IMG/VR virus record: IMGVR_UViG_2663763270_000002
Source: an uncultured virus (IMG/VR IMGVR_UViG_2663763270_000002)
Taxonomy: Duplodnaviria; Heunggongvirae; Uroviricota; Caudoviricetes
Reading direction: 5' to 3' (one strand)
DNA: 27,582 bases
The notes below the pieces were generated by a model, which did no database searches, was not told the origin of the DNA, and saw only the letters and a program-made list of their open reading frames with translations. Shown in pieces: positions 15,857 to 23,392 of this stretch (within the stretch, counting starts at the first letter, position 1; every line of letters begins with the position of its first letter). Position numbers and translations under genes: made by a program.

Positions 15857-16888
15857 CTATCCAGATGGCGGCGGCAGGATCCGCGGAAACCGCATCTCCA
15901 TCTCTGTCATCCGCTCATCAATCCCGTCTTGCCAGCGCTCAAACGAGTACCGTTTCCCCGCCCGCGCTAACCGCTCACCATCCGTTTCCCCAGTGTCCCC
16001 TAGATCGACCTCGGTCGGCGGGCGCCCAATCTTAGCGAGGTTCTTCACAAGGATCGGCATAACCACTTCCGCGACGTACGAGTGCAAGCCCGTCAGCTCC
16101 ACTACAGGCCCGACAAACACCCCGCTGTCCGGTCGCTCCATCAGCAACGCCGAATTGAAATCAGTCGCAATAGATCGACCAGGCTTCGTTGTCGCGATCA
16201 CTGTCCCAGGAGTAAGCTCCTGCCACCCCTGAGCCCTCTCCGAACTCGGCACATCAGACTGGCTCACCAACGTCCGGCTCGCACAAAAACGCAGCCGTCG
16301 ATGCTTATCCAGATTCGAATAGCGCTGCAACAGCACCAACGGATGGTCGTAAACGACGGGCTCACCCCACAGCTCCCCAAGCACTCTAGGCATAGACGGC
16401 AGCCGGCTCAAAGTATCAACGTACGGCTGCAACGACTTCACGCGACCGCCGAGCTTCGAACCCGAACCCAGTTCAGGTACCTTCCCACCTACCCGATCCT
16501 GCCACCGCTCGAACTCGCGTTCGTCCTTACACACCGGCATCGCGACCTTGTTTGCCGCGCTCTCGTCGAGCGGCACTCCACGCTCCTCCTCGACCAAAAA
16601 CAGGAGAGCGTTTTCGACGGCCGACCGCAAGTGATGAACCGCCTCACTGAACAGCAACGCAGCCAACGGCGGCACCGGACGCACACCAGTCACATAGCTC
16701 TGCCACTCACCGCTCGGCAACTCGCGCTGCCCCAACGCAATCGGCTCGTTCTTCGACCACTCAGCCGCTAGGGCACCCAACTCGTCCGCCAACTGGTCAA
16801 CCCGCGCCAACCGGAACACCGCTGGCGTCAACCCAGTCGGCAACCACCCCAAGCCGTCACTGCTGCTTTGCCTACCCACAGAACACAT
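15857..16888 (-). CDS. HEPN-like putative toxin/defence protein (true start may be GTG 16879)
   Basis: 343-aa ORF; EAVHHLRSAVEN, LQPY and LQRYSNLDKHR motifs; atypical codon use. Fold call is inference. Confidence 0.75.
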   Translation of the reverse strand: MCSVGRQSSSDGLGWLPTGLTPAVFRLARVDQLADELGALAAEWSKNEPIALGQRELPSGEWQSYVTGVRPVPPLAALLFSEAVHHLRSAVENALLFLVEEERGVPLDESAANKVAMPVCKDEREFERWQDRVGGKVPELGSGSKLGGRVKSLQPYVDTLSRLPSMPRVLGELWGEPVVYDHPLVLLQRYSNLDKHRRLRFCASRTLVSQSDVPSSERAQGWQELTPGTVIATTKPGRSIATDFNSALLMERPDSGVFVGPVVELTGLHSYVAEVVMPILVKNLAKIGRPPTEVDLGDTGETDGERLARAGKRYSFERWQDGIDERMTEMEMRFPRILPPPSG

Positions 16889-16950
16889 GCTCCCCTACCT
16901 GGCCGACAAACACACGCGATAAATGCCCAGGCGCGCATATCGCGGTACCT

Positions 16951-17937
16951 CTAGGCTGCAACTGGCAGGTCAGGGCGCCGCTCACCCAACGCCACCGCCA
17001 CCCGCTCACCCAGAAACCGGGCCACATTCACCGGTACCGCGTTACCAATCTGGCGCCTCACCTGCGAATCGTTCCCCACAAACACGTACCCATCCGGGAA
17101 CCCCTGCGCCCGCGCCAACTCACGCGACGACAACCACCGCAACCACTCCCCACCCTCCACACGCGTCGCCACCGCATGATGACGGCCACCCGCACACAAC
17201 GTCGCCAACTGCGAACAATCCGCACGCCGAGCCCGCGCATTCCGCCGATACGTCACCAAATACGGCACACCCAACTCCGGAATCGAATCAATCTGCGGCC
17301 GCAAATACCGCCGCGACATCCCCGGATCATCCCAACCATTCGCAGGATCCAACACCGCCGTCGCCGGAGTCCTCACCACCTCCGGCACCGACAAATCCAC
17401 CCCACCATCCCGCGTAAACACAATGAACACCCGCTCCCGATCCTGCGGCACAGGAACCGGACCCACCTCAGCAGCATTCAACCTCACGATCTGCTCCCGA
17501 TACCCCAACGTCCGCAACATCCCCAACCAGCCAGGAAACAACACCCAATTCATGAACTTCGGCACATTCTCAACAATGATCGCCTCATACCCATGCACCT
17601 CCGCAGCCGCCACCACAGCAAACGCCGTCGCCCGATCAACCTTGTCGGGCGTATCCCGACGCAACTCGTCCTCCACACTCCCCTGCCGCGACTTCGACGC
17701 CGCCGAATGCTTCACACACGACGGCGACGCCCACAACACGTCCGTCCGCGGATAGCTGCCGAAGTTCGTGTTGGTCAAGTCAGCCGTCCGATGCTCAGTG
17801 TCCGGATGGTTCAGCTTGTGCGTCGCAACCGACACCGGCCAATGGTTGGTGCTGATCCGAATCTCGTAGCCGGCCTGCCGCAAGCCCTCTGACGAGCCAC
17901 CGCCGCCAGCAAACAAGTCGGTCACGGTCAAGGTCAT
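16951..17937 (-). CDS. DNA (cytosine-5) methyltransferase
   Basis: DLFAGGGG (I), SPSC (IV), VENV (VI), PQDRERVF (VIII), RELARAQGF (IX), QIGNAV (X). Confidence 0.95.
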   Translation of the reverse strand: MTLTVTDLFAGGGGSSEGLRQAGYEIRISTNHWPVSVATHKLNHPDTEHRTADLTNTNFGSYPRTDVLWASPSCVKHSAASKSRQGSVEDELRRDTPDKVDRATAFAVVAAAEVHGYEAIIVENVPKFMNWVLFPGWLGMLRTLGYREQIVRLNAAEVGPVPVPQDRERVFIVFTRDGGVDLSVPEVVRTPATAVLDPANGWDDPGMSRRYLRPQIDSIPELGVPYLVTYRRNARARRADCSQLATLCAGGRHHAVATRVEGGEWLRWLSSRELARAQGFPDGYVFVGNDSQVRRQIGNAVPVNVARFLGERVAVALGERRPDLPVAA

Positions 17938-18089
17938 GTTCGGTTACCTCATTTCACGTGGCAGATCGCACGCTGGAGCGGTTTTCGGGCCGCTCCGGCA
18001 CATCGGGGTAGGGTCCGCGCTTTCGGTGCGGGATTTCGGCTATCAGAGAGCAGTGCATATAACTGCGTCAGGAACCGGACCGTGGTCCG

Positions 18090-18347
18090 CTATTCTCGGT
18101 GTTTCGTGAGTTCGTCGTCGACGATCGCGGTGCGGATCCACAAGCCGTCGCCTTCGGCGCCGTAGCTGATGCGAACCTCGCCGGACGGGTACTGCCGGGT
18201 CTCGATCAGGGGCCGGTCGCGCCGGCCTTCGATCTGCCATGCCTGTTCCCACGCCCAGGCGACGGCGTCGGCGAAGTCGCTGAACAGGTGGGCGGTGGTG
18301 TCGGTGTGGCGGTCTTCCCAGATGACAGCCGTCAACGTGGCGGTCAC
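18090..18347 (-). CDS. Hypothetical protein (85 aa)
   Basis: GAAGGAG RBS; GTGA overlap. Confidence 0.75.
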   Translation of the reverse strand: MTATLTAVIWEDRHTDTTAHLFSDFADAVAWAWEQAWQIEGRRDRPLIETRQYPSGEVRISYGAEGDGLWIRTAIVDDELTKHRE

Positions 18348-18856
18348 GCGGTCTCCTTCGCGGGCTGGGTGAGGTGGATGTAGGTGCCGTCGAGGCCGCT
18401 GCGGGCCAGGGCAGCGGCGTCGGGTTCGCCGTAGGCGACGAGGACGGAGGGCGCGCCGGAGTTCCCGCGGGCGCGGGCGCCGTCCGGGAGATGGAAGTGC
18501 AGTCGGCCGTGGAGGAACAGGACCGCGGTGGCGCGCTGCCAGACGAGGTCGACGAACCACCTTGTTTCCGTGCGCGCGAAAACCAGGGCGGTTCCGTGCC
18601 CGTGGTCGGCGAGCTTGCCGAGCCAGGCGGCCAGCTCGGTGTAGGGCGGGTTGAGGAAGACGCGGCCCGCCCAGTCGGCGGCCAGACCGTTGTCGGGGGG
18701 CGCGATGTGCCGGCGGGCGGTGTCCCACGGACGCGGGTCAGCGGCGCAGGGGTCGAGGTCGAATTCACCGAGTGCCGTGATCACGCCGGGCGGGGTGAGC
18801 CACACGTTGGATCCGGCGCGGGCGGAGTGGTGGCCGCCTATTGCGCGGGACGTCAT
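18344..18856 (-). CDS. dam: Phage N6-adenine DNA methyltransferase (Dam family)
   Basis: WLTPP, FDLDPCA, NGLAADW, FLNPPY and ARTETRWF. Confidence 0.9.
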   Translation of the reverse strand: MTSRAIGGHHSARAGSNVWLTPPGVITALGEFDLDPCAADPRPWDTARRHIAPPDNGLAADWAGRVFLNPPYTELAAWLGKLADHGHGTALVFARTETRWFVDLVWQRATAVLFLHGRLHFHLPDGARARGNSGAPSVLVAYGEPDAAALARSGLDGTYIHLTQPAKETA

Positions 18857-19008
18857 GCGACGTCCTGGGTCTGGAGGCCGAGCCGTCCAGCTCGTTTGAT
18901 GCCCTGGGTCAGTCCACCGAACCCGGAGAACAGGTCGACCGCGACGGGGTCGTCATGTCGGAACCGGCGGCGCCGTTTCGCAGGCCGGTGTGCTGCTGTG
19001 CGGTTCAT
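18853..19008 (-). pseudogene. Truncated C5 DNA methyltransferase N-terminus (51 aa)
   Basis: MNRTAAHRPAKRRRRFRHDDPVAVDLFSGFGGLTQGIKRAG...; motif I only, and the stop overlaps the Dam ATG. Confidence 0.75.
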
Positions 19009-19195
19009 GCGATCGCTCCCGTCGTGCGGGCGGGGCTGGTGTTCATTGTCAGTTCCTCGTTTTCGACCGCTGGCGCGGCGCTGGAGACGTTTTCACGCCC
19101 TCCCGAATGTCTCGGGGTGCGGCGGGCGGTTTGGGGGCTTACAGGGGGCCGTTTGACTGGACTGCGTCTAGGTCGTTAACCCGACTCTGGTCCGT

Positions 19196-19606
19196 TTAGT
19201 GGGCGGATTGTTGCCGGTTGCCGACGGGTCGTCCGAGGAGTCGGCTGATGCAGGGCATGGCTGTTTCGTGGCCGTGGCGGGTGCAGGTGTGGCCGGGTTG
19301 GGCTCCGCAGTCGGGGCAGTGGTCGTTGATGGCGCCGGTGATGGTGTAGGTGCCCATGCGTGCGCGTCGTTTGCGGTTGGGTGTTGTGGTGGTGCGGGTT
19401 TGGATTTGTTGGGTGATGTCGAGGACGGCTTCGGGGGTGATGCGGAAGCCAGTGGTCTTGTGGTGGATGTGGACAGCTTCCTCGGCGACGGCACGATCGA
19501 GATGCCCGATCGCGGTGTGCCATTCGCTGATGAGGTCGGCGGTGATCTCCCGGCAGTCGTATCCGGCGACCAGTTCGAGAACCTGGGTAGTGTCGGCGCG
19601 GTTCAC
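19196..19606 (-). CDS. Helicase loader/inhibitor (G39P-like) domain plus C-terminal zinc finger
   Basis: VLELVAGYD..EWHTAIG..AEEAVHIH..ITPEAV; CPDCGAQPGHTC; downstream of the initiator. Confidence 0.65.
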   Translation of the reverse strand: MNRADTTQVLELVAGYDCREITADLISEWHTAIGHLDRAVAEEAVHIHHKTTGFRITPEAVLDITQQIQTRTTTTPNRKRRARMGTYTITGAINDHCPDCGAQPGHTCTRHGHETAMPCISRLLGRPVGNRQQSAH

Positions 19607-20196
19607 GACGCCCTCCCTTGCTTCGACTCGATGCCGAACAGGTTGGCGAGCTTGATGGTGGAGGCGATCTCGCGGCGCCGATCGACGTGACTGATCGCAG
19701 CCTGCTTCGCCGCGGCAACCCGACCCTTGAACTCCTCCAACTCGGCAGCGGTCAAGTTATGCTGGGCGGGTCGCTTCAACGCGACCGCCAGCGCGATATC
19801 ACGCGACAGGCGGTGCGCTTTCTGCGGCGTGAACCCCATCTCCTGGAGGATGTGGTTCGCCATCTCCATCTCCGTGACACGCTCTTTCGGCAGACTCGCC
19901 AGCACATCGCGGCGCGCGGCGTGAGCGTGGCTGACGATCATGTCCGGGGTCGGACGGAACTGCTCGACAGGTTCGGACCGTGCTTCAGCTCGCGCCTGAG
20001 CGACCTTGATGTGCTGGGCGCGGGCGTGATCCACGCCGGCGACGAGGTCTTCCGCGGACAGGCCGGACGCCTCGAAGTGAGCAGCCCATGCCGCGACCGC
20101 GGCGGCGCCGATCTTCGGGAACCACAGGTCGAACGTTTGCAGGTTGTCCACGACTGCCTGTGCGGCATCGAGGTAGTAGGTATCGGGGGCGGTCAT
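19603..20196 (-). CDS. Putative helicase loader-like protein
   Basis: AVAAWAAHF..LVAGV..FRPTPDMI; directly after the initiator. Confidence 0.6.
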   Translation of the reverse strand: MTAPDTYYLDAAQAVVDNLQTFDLWFPKIGAAAVAAWAAHFEASGLSAEDLVAGVDHARAQHIKVAQARAEARSEPVEQFRPTPDMIVSHAHAARRDVLASLPKERVTEMEMANHILQEMGFTPQKAHRLSRDIALAVALKRPAQHNLTAAELEEFKGRVAAAKQAAISHVDRRREIASTIKLANLFGIESKQGRAS

Positions 20197-21149
20197 GCGG
20201 TTTCGGTCCAGTTCTCGTAGGTCGTGACATCGGCGTCGAACGGTTCGGCGTCGACGATTTGGATCAGCGGCGACTGCGTTGCTGGTTGGGTGGCACGGCG
20301 CCGCACCTCTTCGAAGACGGCGGCCTGCTCGCGCTGCTTGCGGTCGGATGCCGCCACGCGGGGGCCGGATGGCGTTGAGGCTGCGGCGGGAGCATTTCGC
20401 CCGCGGCTGATTGTGGAGACGAGCGAAGGCAGTGACCGCGGACCGAGTTCAGGCTTGGAGAGCCAGAGTTTGAGGCCAGCGCGGATGTCTTCAGCAGGGA
20501 TAGGCGGGTCCTGTCGCAGCATGGCGCTGGCTTGGAGGGCGAGTTCGGTTCGGACGGCAGCGGGTTCGCTGTCGGGGATCACGCTGCGGACGAGTTTGCG
20601 TCCGTCGATGTCGACGACCGGTCCGGGTTTAGCGAGTGCGGCTTCGAGGTCCACGTCGGCCGCTTCGCGCGCTCGCGCGTCACTTACTGGAGATGCGTTG
20701 TCACGTGAGTCGTTCTTATTCTCTTCTCCTCTACTCTCCTCTGGGGGCGTGACGTCACGTGAGGTGTCACGTGACACGGTTTGGGATTGCTGGGCCTTCT
20801 TGTCGCGTGCGCGGCGCTGCCGTTCGCGGTCAGCTTTGCGGCGTTCGAGCAGGTCATCGCCAGTCCCGTTCCAGTTGGCCCATGCTTTGAACCGGTAGCC
20901 AGGGTTGCTGCGACCCTCCGAATCGGTGTCGGTTTCGACCCAGATTCCGGCACTAATCAGCTCCGAAACTCGCTTGGAAACCGCGCGAATTCCGAACGTT
21001 TTCAGCACACTTTTGGGCACGAATCCGCGTGTTTCGGCGGCGCCGCAGTAGGCGAGGGCGCGTGTGAACAGCCGTTCTGCGTCGGCGTGCGGGAGGCTTG
21101 CGATCGCGGGGTCGAGGTAGTAGGTCGATGACAGCCAGACAGCTTTCAC
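20193..21149 (-). CDS. Phage replication initiator-like protein
   Basis: N-terminal wHTH-like region (LAYCG..GFVP..ELISAGIW..WANWN), RKADRERQRRAR helix, internal palindromes. Confidence 0.75.
   Translation of the reverse strand: MKAVWLSSTYYLDPAIASLPHADAERLFTRALAYCGAAETRGFVPKSVLKTFGIRAVSKRVSELISAGIWVETDTDSEGRSNPGYRFKAWANWNGTGDDLLERRKADRERQRRARDKKAQQSQTVSRDTSRDVTPPEESRGEENKNDSRDNASPVSDARAREAADVDLEAALAKPGPVVDIDGRKLVRSVIPDSEPAAVRTELALQASAMLRQDPPIPAEDIRAGLKLWLSKPELGPRSLPSLVSTISRGRNAPAAASTPSGPRVAASDRKQREQAAVFEEVRRRATQPATQSPLIQIVDAEPFDADVTTYENWTETA
20700..20777. repeat. Putative origin: three TCACGTGA palindromes around a pyrimidine tract
   Basis: TCACGTGA at 20701, 20755 and 20767; CGTGACGTCACG at 20748; GTGTCACGTGACAC at 20764; CT tract 20711-20742. 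Confidence 0.6.
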
Positions 21150-21205
21150 TGCTGCGCTCCTTCGTGGGCGACTACCTCGAAAAGGAGTCTGCGTGATACG
21201 CTCAT
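21146..21205 (-). CDS. 19-aa leader/relic ORF MSVSRRLLFEVVAHEGAQQ coupled to the initiator
   Basis: AGGAGG upstream; stop overlaps the initiator GTG. Confidence 0.5.
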   Translation of the reverse strand: MSVSRRLLFEVVAHEGAQQ

Positions 21206-21209
21206 GGGG

Positions 21210-21319
21210 AGCCCGCCTCCTACGGGCTGTTGCCGGAATCTCTTTGATTCCAGGCGTGTACGCGCCTCCTACGCGTACTTCGAGCGGCGCACCTACTGTC
21301 CAGGCGGGTGCGCCGTTCG
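21210..21319 (-). ncRNA. Candidate structured leader RNA: four hairpins, two with identical UAGGAGG loops
   Basis: Stems at 21285-21315, 21258-21278, 21232-21255 and 21210-21228. Confidence 0.55.
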
Positions 21320-21362
21320 CGCTTTTCCTGGTGGCGTCCAGCCAACAGGAGCTGTAGTTTGG

Positions 21363-21392
21363 AGACTACACTTTAGTTTCGATCGTACGCAA
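21363..21392 (-). promoter_or_regulatory. Promoter TTGCGT-N18-TAGTCT overlapped by inverted repeat TGTAGT-N6-ACTACA
   Basis: Read directly; same -35 hexamer as the 3194 promoter. Confidence 0.5.
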
Positions 21393-22113
21393 CGGACGAG
21401 CCGTGTCGCTGCTCTCTCCTGTGGTTGGCGGCGGCAGAGCAGGCGCGGCAGCGACGATGCCCGCGGCTGTCATAGGCCAGGTTTCCGTCGCTGTAGCGGT
21501 GCCCATTCGGGCAGACGGGCCGTTCCGAGAGCTTGACGCCCATCGCTTTCCAGTCCGGCTGCGCGCGGGGGTCGTCGATGTCGCGGCCCTCCCACGCCAG
21601 CGGTGGCGCCGGTTTGGTGCGGCAACGCCGTGCGGTGTCGGGTCTTGGACCGGGGGTTCCCGACAGTTCCTCGTAGAGGTCGCGGATCGCCGCCCACCGC
21701 AGATAGGTCATGTGCGGGCGGTTGATGGACTGGTTGAGGTTGCTGGGATCGCGTAGCCCTAGGCGGGCGGCGAGGTCGGTAGTGGGCCATCCGATAGCGT
21801 TGAGTGCGCGGATTCGCCGGAAGGCGCCGACCGCCAGGACAAGCTTCTGGCCTGGGTGGGGGGCGTGGGTGACGGCGAGGATGCGCTCGGCGAGCTGAAC
21901 GCGCACCTGTCGGGCGGCGCCGTTGGCGATGGCGCGGATTGCTTGTTCAGTGCAGCCAGCTGCGGTCCCGATCATGGGGGCAGTGACGTCGAGCGCGTAG
22001 AGGGCATGGATGTGGTCGCGGACAGGTCCGGCGGGGCGGTAGACGGCGATGCTGTTGGCTTTGCGCCACCTGTACAGCTTGCTTTTGCGGGTGGAGGCAC
22101 AGAGATTGGTCAT
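21373..22113 (-). CDS. Multi-HTH DNA-binding protein with C-terminal CPNGH..RCRAC zinc finger
   Basis: ATGA overlap at 22110; paralog of the upstream genes. Confidence 0.8.
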   Translation of the reverse strand: MTNLCASTRKSKLYRWRKANSIAVYRPAGPVRDHIHALYALDVTAPMIGTAAGCTEQAIRAIANGAARQVRVQLAERILAVTHAPHPGQKLVLAVGAFRRIRALNAIGWPTTDLAARLGLRDPSNLNQSINRPHMTYLRWAAIRDLYEELSGTPGPRPDTARRCRTKPAPPLAWEGRDIDDPRAQPDWKAMGVKLSERPVCPNGHRYSDGNLAYDSRGHRRCRACSAAANHRREQRHGSSVAYDRN

Positions 22114-22946
22114 GCCGCCTCCTGCTGTTGGCGTAGCTTCGCGCGGTGTCGGACAAGGGCTCGATCGGCGGCGTCGTGGCTGATGCGGAGTGCGTTGGCG
22201 AGTTGCCGCGCAACCCACCTGTTGTGGACGGCGTGGTCGAGCACGGCTGCGCGTTCAGCGTTGGGGACGGGGCCGCGGTGGGCGCCAGCGAGGATGCGGG
22301 CGACGAGGACTTCGTCGACGGCTGTCTGTTCTGGCGCGGTCGTGTCGAGGATTGGTGTGCTGTCGGGGTGGTCGATGTCGACGCCTTCCCATGCGATCGG
22401 GGGCGGGAAGCCGGCGGCGCGGGCGCGCTTCACGCCGAGCTTGGACGGGCCCGGGGTGCCTGACAGTTCGTTGAAGAGGCTTTCGATCGCCAGCCAGGTA
22501 GCGCCCCGGATTTGCTGGTGGTCGCAGGCTGAACGGACCGTGCCTGCTTTCCAGCCTCGGTGTTGTTCGAGACTGGGGTAGGTGTGGCCGATCGCTTGGA
22601 GTGCGCGGATCCGGCGTGCGGCGCCGAGTGCTGGCACCAGCATGTCGGCTTGCGCGGGGGTGGGTACGTGGGTGACGTTGCGGAGCAGCATTGCGTGGTG
22701 GATGCGGGTCTTGTCGTAGACGCCGGTGCGGACTTGCCAGACGGTGCGTTGTGGTAGTACTGCGGCGGCGGCTATAGCCCAGTCGGAGAATCCGAGTTCG
22801 TGGAGCCAGGTGAGGTGTTCACGAATGGGGGTGCTGTCGACGAGGGTGCTGGCGAGGCCGCGAGCCACCCGCATCTTGTACACCTTTTGAACTCGTCCAG
22901 GCCCTAGGGCGGGAACTTGGGATGCGATGTAGGTTCTGTCCTTCAC
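22110..22946 (-). CDS. Multi-HTH DNA-binding protein
   Basis: GAARRIRALQAIG, ELSGTPGP, PPIAWEGVDID; terminal HTH. Confidence 0.8.
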   Translation of the reverse strand: MKDRTYIASQVPALGPGRVQKVYKMRVARGLASTLVDSTPIREHLTWLHELGFSDWAIAAAAVLPQRTVWQVRTGVYDKTRIHHAMLLRNVTHVPTPAQADMLVPALGAARRIRALQAIGHTYPSLEQHRGWKAGTVRSACDHQQIRGATWLAIESLFNELSGTPGPSKLGVKRARAAGFPPPIAWEGVDIDHPDSTPILDTTAPEQTAVDEVLVARILAGAHRGPVPNAERAAVLDHAVHNRWVARQLANALRISHDAADRALVRHRAKLRQQQEAA

Positions 22947-23392
22947 GCCGCGGTCCCCAGGATCTTGTTGATGGTGGCGCCGGAGACATGGAGGGTGTCG
23001 GCGATGTGGGTTTTGAGCCAGCCGCGCTGGTGGAGGGCGTGGGCGTAGGCGGGTTTGTCGTAGCTGGCGATCGACTCATCTCGTCCAGCGAGGAGCCGGC
23101 CCAGTACGACGTCATCGACCATGGGGGTGGGGCGTCCGAAGCGGATGGTGGCTTCTTCGACTGTGAGGTTGAGGACCCGTTCGGCGATGTTTCGGTGGGC
23201 GTGGCGGGAGAGTCCGCGGCGGATGCCGTTGATGGTGCGGGCGGAGATGCCGAGGCCGTGTGCGAGCCGGGTTTCGACGACTCCGGCGGCGTGGAACTGT
23301 TGCAGTCGTTCACGTACCGGGTCGGCGGGGACGTATCCGATCGATCGGAGGCGTCGGATGGCTGCTGCGCTGTGGACGCTGGCGGTGGTCAT
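22943..23392 (-). CDS. Double-HTH DNA-binding protein
   Basis: LAHGLGISARTINGI and IADTLHVSGATINKI; ATG at 23392. Confidence 0.8.
   Translation of the reverse strand: MTTASVHSAAAIRRLRSIGYVPADPVRERLQQFHAAGVVETRLAHGLGISARTINGIRRGLSRHAHRNIAERVLNLTVEEATIRFGRPTPMVDDVVLGRLLAGRDESIASYDKPAYAHALHQRGWLKTHIADTLHVSGATINKILGTAA

Noticed and set aside
18030..18050. CTGATAG..CGAAA on the minus strand as a hammerhead ribozyme core
   Set aside because: It lacks the CUGANGA consensus and stem II.
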